A stretch of 64,000 nt of DNA from an uncultured Clostridia bacterium. Lineage in GTDB: Bacteria; Bacillota; Clostridia; TANB77; CAG-508. The translations under genes and the position numbers were made by a program. Of this stretch, positions 11,657-19,692 are shown piece after piece (position 1 is the first letter of the stretch; every line of letters starts with the position of its first letter). The stretch covers positions 2,446-66,445 of the forward strand of contig CALXAD010000005.1 of assembly GCA_944386195.1 (NCBI GenBank), given 5' to 3'. Under the pieces are notes generated by a model that was given only the letters and a program-made list of their open reading frames with translations, was not told the origin of the DNA and made no database searches.

Positions 11657-13345
11657 TTATAAATCTATTTTAGCGCCTATAACATCTTTAATCTCTAATA
11701 TTTCATTTAATATATTTTTAATATTATCTTTAGCCTTAATCTCTATAACTATTTTTATCTTTGCTTTCTTGCCATTAACACTTGCTTCTAAACTTTCTAT
11801 ATTTATTTTATTTTCTTTGAAAACATTTGTTATCTCTAATGCTAAATTTTCTCTATCATTAGCTATTATTTCTATTTCTTTTTCTTGTTTTGGATATTGT
11901 TTATTCTTTTTTAAAAGTTTTAAAATTTCTTTTTTAGCTTTTGCAGTTTTTACTTCTCCTAACCATTCTTCTTGTACATTTATTTTTTCTTTATCTGTTA
12001 TTATTTCTACAATGTCTCCATTTTTTAATTTAGTTATAATAGGCATTTCTTTGTTATTTATTTTACAAGAGTTAATATAGTTTCCTAATTTTCCATGTAT
12101 GAGATAAGCAAAATCTATTACATTTGAATCTTTAGGAAGAACCTTTATATCTCCTTTAGGAGTAAACACATATACTTCATCACCTAAAAGTTCTTGTTTT
12201 AAAGTTTCTAAAAATTCTTTTGGATTTTCTAATTCTAAACTATCACGTATACCTGATAAATTCTCTTTAAAATCCAAATTTCTTTTTTTATTTAAATTAT
12301 TCATTACATATGAAAAATAACTTGTTATTCCATATCTTGCAACATTATTCATAATATACGTACATATTCTAGTTTCAAACATAACTCCACTTTTTCCAAT
12401 TAAAATCTCATGAATTGCCTGATACATATTATTTTTTGGAATTGCTATATAATCTTTAAATGAACCTGGTATTAAAGAATAAATAGTATTTATAATACCT
12501 AAAACTCTATAGCAATCTGATTTATTTCTTGTTACTATCTTTATTGAAAATAAATCTTTTATTTCTTCTATATTTTTTATATTTTTTTCTCTTGCTTTAT
12601 TGAAAATACCATATAAGTTTTTAGTCTCTATTCTTACAATAGACCACACTCTTTGTCTTCTTAATTCTGTTTCAATTTCTTTTTTAGTCTCTTCTAGTTT
12701 ATTTCTATTTTCTTTTATTTTTTCTTTTAACTCTTCTCTTATAATTCTATACCATCTTGGATATAAATATTTAAAAGCTCCATCTTCTAAATCTTTTTTT
12801 AAATCATTCATTCCTAACTTATTTGCAATTGGTGCATACAATTCTAATGTTTCTTCTGCAATTGCAATCTGCCTATCTCGTCTTAAATACTTTAGAGTTC
12901 TTACATTATGAAGTCTATCAGCTAATTTTAAAATTATAACTCTAATATCTTTTTCCATTGCTATAAACATTTTTTTATAATTTTTAGTTTTCTTTTCTTC
13001 AACAGTTTTAAACAAGTTACTAAGTTTAGTTACTCCTTCTACTAATGAAGCAACTTCTTCATCAAAGTTTTTTTCTATATCTTCATATGTTGCATTTGTA
13101 TCTTCTACTACATCATGAAGAAGAGCAGCACATATCGTTTGAGTGTCTAATCCCCAACTTGCTAAAATATATGCTACATGTAATGGATGAATTATATAGC
13201 TTTCTCCTGATTTTCTTTTTTGGTTTTTATGTTTTTCGGCGGCAAATGTATATGCCTTAAAGATTTTATTTTTATCTATATTTTTATTATTACGTCTTGC
13301 TTCATATAAAACATCTCTTATAGTTATATCTAAAGCTTTTGACAT
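11657..13345 (-). CDS. RelA/SpoT homologue: intact HD hydrolase, degenerate synthetase, TGS and ACT domains
   Basis: RKSGESYIIHP, LLHDVVED and KLADRLHN motifs intact; TGS VYVFTPKGD...IDFAYLIH; C-terminal ACT; synthetase motifs altered. Confidence 0.85.
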   Translation of the reverse strand: MSKALDITIRDVLYEARRNNKNIDKNKIFKAYTFAAEKHKNQKRKSGESYIIHPLHVAYILASWGLDTQTICAALLHDVVEDTNATYEDIEKNFDEEVASLVEGVTKLSNLFKTVEEKKTKNYKKMFIAMEKDIRVIILKLADRLHNVRTLKYLRRDRQIAIAEETLELYAPIANKLGMNDLKKDLEDGAFKYLYPRWYRIIREELKEKIKENRNKLEETKKEIETELRRQRVWSIVRIETKNLYGIFNKAREKNIKNIEEIKDLFSIKIVTRNKSDCYRVLGIINTIYSLIPGSFKDYIAIPKNNMYQAIHEILIGKSGVMFETRICTYIMNNVARYGITSYFSYVMNNLNKKRNLDFKENLSGIRDSLELENPKEFLETLKQELLGDEVYVFTPKGDIKVLPKDSNVIDFAYLIHGKLGNYINSCKINNKEMPIITKLKNGDIVEIITDKEKINVQEEWLGEVKTAKAKKEILKLLKKNKQYPKQEKEIEIIANDRENLALEITNVFKENKINIESLEASVNGKKAKIKIVIEIKAKDNIKNILNEILEIKDVIGAKIDL

Positions 13346-13355
13346 AAATTATCTC

Positions 13356-14408
13356 CTATCCATATTTTACTTTTTCTGAATAATACCTACACACATTATG
13401 TACCATTTCATTATTTAATATGAATTCTTTTCCCTTTCCATCAACTGACATATTTTTAATCCTATTATCTACACATTTTGTACATACCATACAATTATTT
13501 TCTTTATTTTCTAAAATTACAGGTTCTTCTTTTTCTATATCAAATATAAATTTTGGCATTACTTCTGCAAGTACTGGGCAAAATGTTGCTTTTAAACCGT
13601 CTTCTTGCATCCATATTTGCAATCCTTTTCCTCCATTTTGACAATAAACCTTGTTATTAATTTTATATTTTTCCCATTCTTCATCACTTAAAAATACCTT
13701 TGGAGCTTTTATTTTCAAATCTTTTTTTATCGCTATTCTTCTTAAATCTTTTACTATTTCTATCCATTTTTCTGGCTTTACATGTTTTATTGGTATGTCT
13801 TTTCCCTGCAATGCTTCAAAACTACCTGCATGAAATGTAAACCACTCTATTCCCAGTTTTGAGTAAAAATCTATTATATCTTTATAATCATCTTGATTTA
13901 TCTCCCAAATTGTTGGTTGGATTTTCACTGTTATTCCTTTTTTCATACAATATTTTATTGCTTCATTTATTTCTTTTATGTTGATATTTTTATTTCCTTT
14001 TAAATATTGTAATTTTTTATCATCTAAAGTATCTACACTATAACTTATGTAATTAATATCTTTTGCCTCTATACCATCAGTTAATTTTTTTGCTACTTCT
14101 AAACCATTTATCCCAGATGTTGAAAACATTACTTTTTTTCCACTTTTTATAAACTCTTTTGCCGCTTTATTACAAAATTCAGTATCAACTGATACATCTG
14201 GATTTCCTAATAAATAAGCATTCTTTAGGTTTGGTAATTTTTTAATAATTGTATCAATTTGTTCAATAGTACCTTGATAGTCTTTATGTCTTCTTCCATA
14301 ACTTTCTTGCGTACATCCAATGCATGAACAAGTACATCCATTTCTTCCATATGTACCTGTATATAAAGTTAATTCTTCTACCCCTTCTAACAAATTAGTG
14401 TTGTCCAT
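13356..14408 (-). CDS. Radical SAM protein with C-terminal Cys-rich (SPASM/twitch-like) region
   Basis: CTCSCIGC fits CxxxCxxC near the N-terminus; further Cys in VYCQ, TFCP, NCMVCTKC and NVCR. Confidence 0.75.
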   Translation of the reverse strand: MDNTNLLEGVEELTLYTGTYGRNGCTCSCIGCTQESYGRRHKDYQGTIEQIDTIIKKLPNLKNAYLLGNPDVSVDTEFCNKAAKEFIKSGKKVMFSTSGINGLEVAKKLTDGIEAKDINYISYSVDTLDDKKLQYLKGNKNINIKEINEAIKYCMKKGITVKIQPTIWEINQDDYKDIIDFYSKLGIEWFTFHAGSFEALQGKDIPIKHVKPEKWIEIVKDLRRIAIKKDLKIKAPKVFLSDEEWEKYKINNKVYCQNGGKGLQIWMQEDGLKATFCPVLAEVMPKFIFDIEKEEPVILENKENNCMVCTKCVDNRIKNMSVDGKGKEFILNNEMVHNVCRYYSEKVKYG

Positions 14409-14515
14409 TTTAAACCTCCTAAAATATCTTTCTTTTATATTTTATGATTTAAAAATACTTTTTAGAACATATAAAAAGACTTTAGTATTAACCAAAGCCC
14501 TTTATGAATTCTATT

Positions 14516-15439
14516 TTACCTTCTTCTATCTATTGCATAACTACTTCCCATAACTGATTTAGCTGCATGCTTTACTTGTGCTCCTACTTCACTTATCTCT
14601 AATATATTATGGAATCTTCCCACATCTACAACAACCACTCCTATTGATAATGATGTTAATGGAAATTGCTCAATTATTCCCTTTCTATTTGCTACTTCTA
14701 TATACCCTTTTTCTAAATCCTCTTCAGTAAAAAATTTTCCTACATTACTATCAAAATGTGAAAGGATATTTTGACATAATTTTTCACAATTAGTTCCTGG
14801 CACAATTGCCACGAAATCATCTCCTCCAATATGTCCTACAAATGTGTTCTCTAATACATCACTATGTACTGAATTAATTATAGTTTCTGCTGTAAATTCT
14901 ATTATCTGATCTCCCTTTAGAAAACCATATACATCATTATATGCTTTAAAGTTATCCAAATCCAAATACAATACACAGAAATTCTCTTTTCTTGCTATTC
15001 TTTTCTTTAATTCTGCATGTATTTGTACATTACCTGGTAATCCCGTTAATGGACTTACCCTTCTATTACTTGATAGTAATCTGTTTAAATTTTTAACAGT
15101 ATAGTATAAATATTGTTCATCTACAGGCTTTTTTATAAAATATTCTACTGATTCTCTTAAAATTCTTACTCTATGTTCTCTACTTCCCTTAGAAGATACA
15201 ACAATTACTGGTGTTATATTGTTGTCCTCATCTTTTCTAATTTTTCTACACAGGTCTATTACATCTCTATCTATTGCATCTTCGTTTATAACAATTAAAG
15301 ATGGAATATTTTTTAATGCTATATCAATCTGTTCTGTTTTTACACTAATAAATTTATATTCTGGGTCATTTTTAAATAATTCTCTAAATATTACAATTGA
15401 GGAATCATCATCATCTATTATATATATTTCTTGTACCAT
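14516..15439 (-). CDS. Receiver + GGDEF domain protein (diguanylate cyclase-like)
   Basis: IYIIDDD receiver start; SPLTGLPGN, DLDNFKAYNDVYGFLKGD and GHIGGDDF motifs. Confidence 0.85.
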   Translation of the reverse strand: MVQEIYIIDDDDSSIVIFRELFKNDPEYKFISVKTEQIDIALKNIPSLIVINEDAIDRDVIDLCRKIRKDEDNNITPVIVVSSKGSREHRVRILRESVEYFIKKPVDEQYLYYTVKNLNRLLSSNRRVSPLTGLPGNVQIHAELKKRIARKENFCVLYLDLDNFKAYNDVYGFLKGDQIIEFTAETIINSVHSDVLENTFVGHIGGDDFVAIVPGTNCEKLCQNILSHFDSNVGKFFTEEDLEKGYIEVANRKGIIEQFPLTSLSIGVVVVDVGRFHNILEISEVGAQVKHAAKSVMGSSYAIDRRR

Positions 15440-15502
15440 TTATATTCTCCTTATTACTTATTCGATTACATTATATTTAATATTGGGAAATTTTTCAAGG
15501 CT

Positions 15503-16291
15503 TTATTTGTTTTTTCTTTTGATTATTTCTACTTTTTTATTTAATATTTCTCTTATTTCTTTAGTATCAATAGCTGGGAATGCCTTTTTTAATCTATATA
15601 CATTTTTATATAAATGCTTTATTGTACGATTTCTACGTTTCTTTAAATTTTCTACTAATTTTTGTAATTTTTGCATAGCTATTATTTTTTCTTTTTCTTC
15701 TATTTCTTTTGGTAAAATCTTTAATTCTTTTATTTTCTCTTTTATTTCTTTATTTAATTCTTCTATTTTTTCAAGTGTTAATTTTATATTTTTAATTTTT
15801 ACTATACTTGAAATTGCATCTACTATAAATACAATCATTAATATTGTTACTATAAAATAAAGTAAATTTATATCTATTTTTTCTACCAATTTTTGTATGT
15901 TTGGATGTATGTATTTTACAAAAAGTACTCCCAATATTCCCCAATAAATTGAATTATTTAAGCATATTCTTCCTTGTATATTAAATTTATGGTCAGAATA
16001 ATCCCAATATCTTGTATGAAATATTTTTTCAAGAAGTACACCAACTATATATTCCCATAATGTTAATATTATAATTGATACTAAAAATAACAATATTATA
16101 TTGTTTTCTAGTCCACGTAAAAATGTAAACATTATTATTGCTCCAATTCCATATATTGGGCAAATTGGTCCTTTTAAAAATCCAGTATTTATTATTTTTT
16201 TCTCTATTATTGACCTAAATATGGATTCCATTATCCAACCTAAAAATGAATATATAAGAAAATAGGCTAATATTTCAAATATTTTTTCCAC
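15503..16291 (-). CDS. Putative ABC transporter permease-like membrane protein (CmpB/TMEM229-like)
   Basis: YSFLGWIME, GFLKGPICPIYG and YWDYSDHKFNIQGRICL motifs. Confidence 0.8.
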   Translation of the reverse strand: MEKIFEILAYFLIYSFLGWIMESIFRSIIEKKIINTGFLKGPICPIYGIGAIIMFTFLRGLENNIILLFLVSIIILTLWEYIVGVLLEKIFHTRYWDYSDHKFNIQGRICLNNSIYWGILGVLFVKYIHPNIQKLVEKIDINLLYFIVTILMIVFIVDAISSIVKIKNIKLTLEKIEELNKEIKEKIKELKILPKEIEEKEKIIAMQKLQKLVENLKKRRNRTIKHLYKNVYRLKKAFPAIDTKEIREILNKKVEIIKRKNK

Positions 16292-16309
16292 TTATTTCTC
16301 CTTTATAGC

Positions 16310-16337
16310 AAAACCTCCTACTTTTGTAGGAGGTTTT
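16310..16337 (-). terminator. Intrinsic terminator-like hairpin
   Basis: AAAACCTCCTAC-TTTT-GTAGGAGGTTTT perfect stem. Confidence 0.65.
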
Positions 16338-16343
16338 ATTTAT

Positions 16344-17297
16344 TTATTTTTTTACAAATACCCTTACTGTGTTACTTACTCCACTTTCATTATAAACTGT
16401 AACTTCTAATCTATTTTCTCCATCACGTATTGGTAATTGATTATATTCGAATTGTTTTCTTTGTTCTACATCTGGATATACTTTATCTAAATCTATTGCT
16501 GATTTTTCTGTTTCGTTATAAATAAATTCTATCCTCTTTATTCCTTCATCATCAGAAGCTCTAACAATAAAGTTTGATGAACCGTCTGTTGTAACTTCTA
16601 CATTTGGTTTAGTAACTCCTCTTACTTCTTGTTCTTTTGTTTCTGTATTATTATTTATATCAACAACTGATACTGTTATTGTATGTTGTCCCATAGGAAT
16701 TTCAATTAGCTGTTCTGTAGAAGTGCTATTTATTTGGATTGTTTGTTCATCTTCTTCGTCCCATCTATATGTCATGTATGAAAGTTGATTTGCACTATCT
16801 GCTGTAACCTTTAAATTACTTCCATCTACTTCAAAATTGATGTTAATGCTTCCTTGTCTTGTATATGTTCGTTGATGATTAGTTTCTCTTCCTTCATTAT
16901 CTATCGCATGAACATATAAAGTATTTTCACCTGTTGGAATTTCTATTGTTTGTTCTACAGTTCTTTTTCCATTTGCATCAAGTTGTACATCTTGTCCACT
17001 ATTCCATCTATATGTTACTTGACTTAATGGTGTATTATTTGTTACTTCAATTGTTAATTGTGTATCTGAAGCTTCTTTAACTGAAATTACTGGATTTGCT
17101 TTACTATTTCCTACTTGTGAATTTTGATACATAGAATATGAACCTGTTCCTATAATACATATTCCAAAAACCATCATAAATATAGCAAAAAATCTTACTA
17201 TTTTTATTATTTCTATTGGTCCACCCATTGATTGTTTTTTTTGTTTTACTTTTTTTTCTTTATTTTTAGGTGGTTCTACACTTAATATTTGATTCAA
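16344..17297 (-). CDS. Membrane-anchored protein with repeated Ig-like beta domains
   Basis: One TM segment; repeated TYRW...IEIPxGxxTxxVxxxD units. Confidence 0.7.
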   Translation of the reverse strand: MNQILSVEPPKNKEKKVKQKKQSMGGPIEIIKIVRFFAIFMMVFGICIIGTGSYSMYQNSQVGNSKANPVISVKEASDTQLTIEVTNNTPLSQVTYRWNSGQDVQLDANGKRTVEQTIEIPTGENTLYVHAIDNEGRETNHQRTYTRQGSININFEVDGSNLKVTADSANQLSYMTYRWDEEDEQTIQINSTSTEQLIEIPMGQHTITVSVVDINNNTETKEQEVRGVTKPNVEVTTDGSSNFIVRASDDEGIKRIEFIYNETEKSAIDLDKVYPDVEQRKQFEYNQLPIRDGENRLEVTVYNESGVSNTVRVFVKK

Positions 17298-17477
17298 TCT
17301 TTTTCACCTCATTTATTTTTTCCGAAAAAATTATATCATAATGATTTACAATTGTAAAGAAAAGTGTTTATTAAGTTTATTATAATTTCTAAAAATTTGT
17401 CCGACCAGTTAGTTCTTTTATTTCTTTTATTTTTTTTATATAATTTTTTTAATATTTTCAAAAAGGAGGTTTTTTAT

Positions 17478-18038
17478 ATGCTAGAAAATATAAAAAAAGT
17501 TACAAATAATATTCCATTTAGTATACAAAATTCATTAATGTACATTATAACAGCTTTTTTCATTGCTATTGCTTCTCAAGTTTCTATTCCTTTACCTAAT
17601 GGAGTTCCACTAACTTTACAGACATTTACAATTGCTATGATTGGATTTTGTTTTTCCACAAATAAAGGCATTAAATCTATTTTAACTTACTTATTGTTAG
17701 GAGTATTAGGCTTTCCGCTATTTGCTTCTGGTAAAAGTGGTTTTGGAACTTTATTTGGATTAACTGGAGGATTTATTTTAGGTTTTATTTTGCTTGTATT
17801 ATTTTGCTCAAAAACTAAAAAAATTAACAGCTTTTCTTTAAAAGTTTTATTTTCCTTTATAGGATTAATAAGCTGTCATTTTCTTGGTGTCTTACAATAT
17901 AGTATTATAACTGGAATTAATTTTTATCAAGCATTTTTATTAGTTTCTCTACCTTTTTTATTAAAAGATAGTTTATCTATTATATTAGCATTAATAATTT
18001 ATCAAAAAATTTTAAAACAAAAAAATAGCTATAACTAA
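17478..18038 (+). CDS. bioY: Biotin transporter BioY (ECF S component)
   Basis: VPLTLQT, YLLLGVLGFPLFA and TGGFILGF motifs; AAGGAGG RBS before ATG 17478. Confidence 0.9.
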   Translation: MLENIKKVTNNIPFSIQNSLMYIITAFFIAIASQVSIPLPNGVPLTLQTFTIAMIGFCFSTNKGIKSILTYLLLGVLGFPLFASGKSGFGTLFGLTGGFILGFILLVLFCSKTKKINSFSLKVLFSFIGLISCHFLGVLQYSIITGINFYQAFLLVSLPFLLKDSLSIILALIIYQKILKQKNSYN

Positions 18039-18096
18039 TTTTAAAAAGCTAGTTGCATTAAAATTGCATTAAATTAGTTAATTTACTCAAAATAAA

Positions 18097-18135
18097 AATA
18101 GCTGTAATCCTTATATTTCAAAGATTACAGCTATT
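18097..18135. terminator. Terminator between bioY and rpsR
   Basis: AATAGCTGTAATC...GATTACAGCTATT inverted repeat. Confidence 0.7.
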
Positions 18136-18148
18136 AATATACAAAGTA

Positions 18149-18427
18149 TTAATTTTGTGTATATGGTAATATAGCAATGTGTCTTGCTCTTTTAACTGCT
18201 TTTGTTATATCTCTTTGATGTTTACTGCAAGCACCTGTTGTTCTTCTTGGTAAGATTTTACCTTTATCATTAACAAATTTTTTTAATTGCTCTGGATTTT
18301 TATAATCTAAAACAAAGTTTTTATCACTGCATAATAAACATACTTTTTTTCTTTGTTTTCTGAATCTTGGATTATAATCATCATCATAATTTTTATTATT
18401 TTTCTTATTTTGTTTTTTATCTGCCAT
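18149..18427 (-). CDS. rpsR: 30S ribosomal protein S18
   Basis: DYKN...[10 protein letters not shown]...HQR...[13 protein letters not shown]. Confidence 0.97.
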   Translation of the reverse strand: MADKKQNKKNNKNYDDDYNPRFRKQRKKVCLLCSDKNFVLDYKNPEQLKKFVNDKGKILPRRTTGACSKHQRDITKAVKRARHIAILPYTQN

Positions 18428-18451
18428 TTTATTATTCCCCCCTAACTTCTA

Positions 18452-18883
18452 TTAGAATGGTAAGTCATCATTTGAAGACATTTCAAAATCAGAACCCATA
18501 CTTCCTGGTTGTGCATTTCCAAATGCGTTTTCAAAATTTGTATTACTAGTAGAATCTGTATCTCTTCTACTATCAGCAAAATATGCTTCTTCTGCAACAA
18601 CTTCTGTTACATAATGTTTTACACCTTGGTCATCATCCCATGTTCTTGTTTGAATTCTTCCTACGATACCTACTTGTTGACCTTTTTTAAAGTATTTACT
18701 ACAAAATTCACCTAGTTTACTCCAAGCTACAATATTAATAAAATCTGCTTGTCTTTCTTCTCCTTGTCTAACAAATCTTCTATTTACTGCTAAGGTAAAA
18801 GAAGCAACTAGTGTGTTATTTGTTTGAGTATATCTTACTTCTGGGTCTCTTGTTAATCTTCCCATTAAAATTACTTTATTCAT
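18452..18883 (-). CDS. ssb: Single-stranded DNA-binding protein
   Basis: MNKVILMGRLTRDPE start, DDLPF C-terminus, located between rpsF and rpsR. Confidence 0.97.
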   Translation of the reverse strand: MNKVILMGRLTRDPEVRYTQTNNTLVASFTLAVNRRFVRQGEERQADFINIVAWSKLGEFCSKYFKKGQQVGIVGRIQTRTWDDDQGVKHYVTEVVAEEAYFADSRRDTDSTSNTNFENAFGNAQPGSMGSDFEMSSNDDLPF

Positions 18884-18920
18884 TATTTATCACCTTTCCT
18901 ACTTTAATAGGCCCCTGTTT

Positions 18921-19205
18921 TTATTTTTCTTTTTTTACAACAATGTGTTTTAAAATTTCATCTGTTATTCTATAAACTCTTTCAAGTTCTGCAATTGAAG
19001 CTGGTTTTGCTTCAAAATTAAATAATATGTAAGTTGCTTCGTTGAATTTTTTAATAGGATATGCTAATTTTCTTTTTCCCATATTTTCAACTGATTCTAA
19101 CTTACCATTTTCATTAATTAATCCTGTAAATTTTTCTTCTAAAGCTTTTAAACCTTCTTCATTTACTTCTGGATTAACAATGATAATACTTTCGTATTTG
19201 TTCAT
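18921..19205 (-). CDS. rpsF: 30S ribosomal protein S6
   Basis: MNKYE...GKRKLAYPIKK; GGAGGTG RBS before ATG 19205. Confidence 0.95.
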   Translation of the reverse strand: MNKYESIIIVNPEVNEEGLKALEEKFTGLINENGKLESVENMGKRKLAYPIKKFNEATYILFNFEAKPASIAELERVYRITDEILKHIVVKKEK

Positions 19206-19212
19206 CGTCTTC

Positions 19213-19258
19213 ACCTCCCTTTGGATTTATAACCTGCCTTTTTAAGCAAGTAGAGAAT
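19213..19258 (-). promoter_or_regulatory. Putative S6:S18 ribosomal protein leader RNA
   Basis: The mRNA reads TTCTCT-ACTTGCTT-AAA-AAGGCAGGT-...-CCA-AAGGGAGG: a hairpin, a CCR bulge and pairing to the SD, as in the known rpsF leader. Promoter TTGCAA-17-TAAAAT at 19321-19293. Confidence 0.6.
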
Positions 19259-19466
19259 TGAAAATTTAATCTATCTTTTTCAAAACATAGCTATTTTATC
19301 ACATTTTTAAGCTAATTGCAAGCTTTTTTTGTAATTTAAATTATCTGCCTTCTTACTTTATCTTAAAAAGCAATTGTGACGACAAAAATGTCGTTCTATT
19401 TTATATACCGGTATAATATAATTTATTTAATTTTAAGATATTCAATATCAGTCTGGAGGAAGAATT

Positions 19467-19655
19467 ATGATAAAACAATATCGTTTAAAACATAAATTAT
19501 CACAAGAAGAATTAGCTGAAGAAATTGGTATTAGTACTAGACATTTACAAAGATTAGAACATAATGAAGAAAATACTAGGGTTTCTACTTTTAAGAAAAT
19601 TGTTAAAAGTTTATCCATTCCAGATGATGAAATAGTAAAATTTATAAAAAAATAA
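19467..19655 (+). CDS. XRE-family HTH regulator
   Basis: LSQEELAEEIGISTRHLQRLE. Confidence 0.85.
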   Translation: MIKQYRLKHKLSQEELAEEIGISTRHLQRLEHNEENTRVSTFKKIVKSLSIPDDEIVKFIKK

Positions 19656-19692
19656 AAGAAGTTTTATTCTAAAAATAAAACCCCTTTATATT

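Noticed and set aside
14516-14525. AGG just before the GGDEF gene stop as another shifty codon
   Set aside because: AGG is read in frame in intact leuS (ARK, TRP), and the GGDEF domain is already complete.
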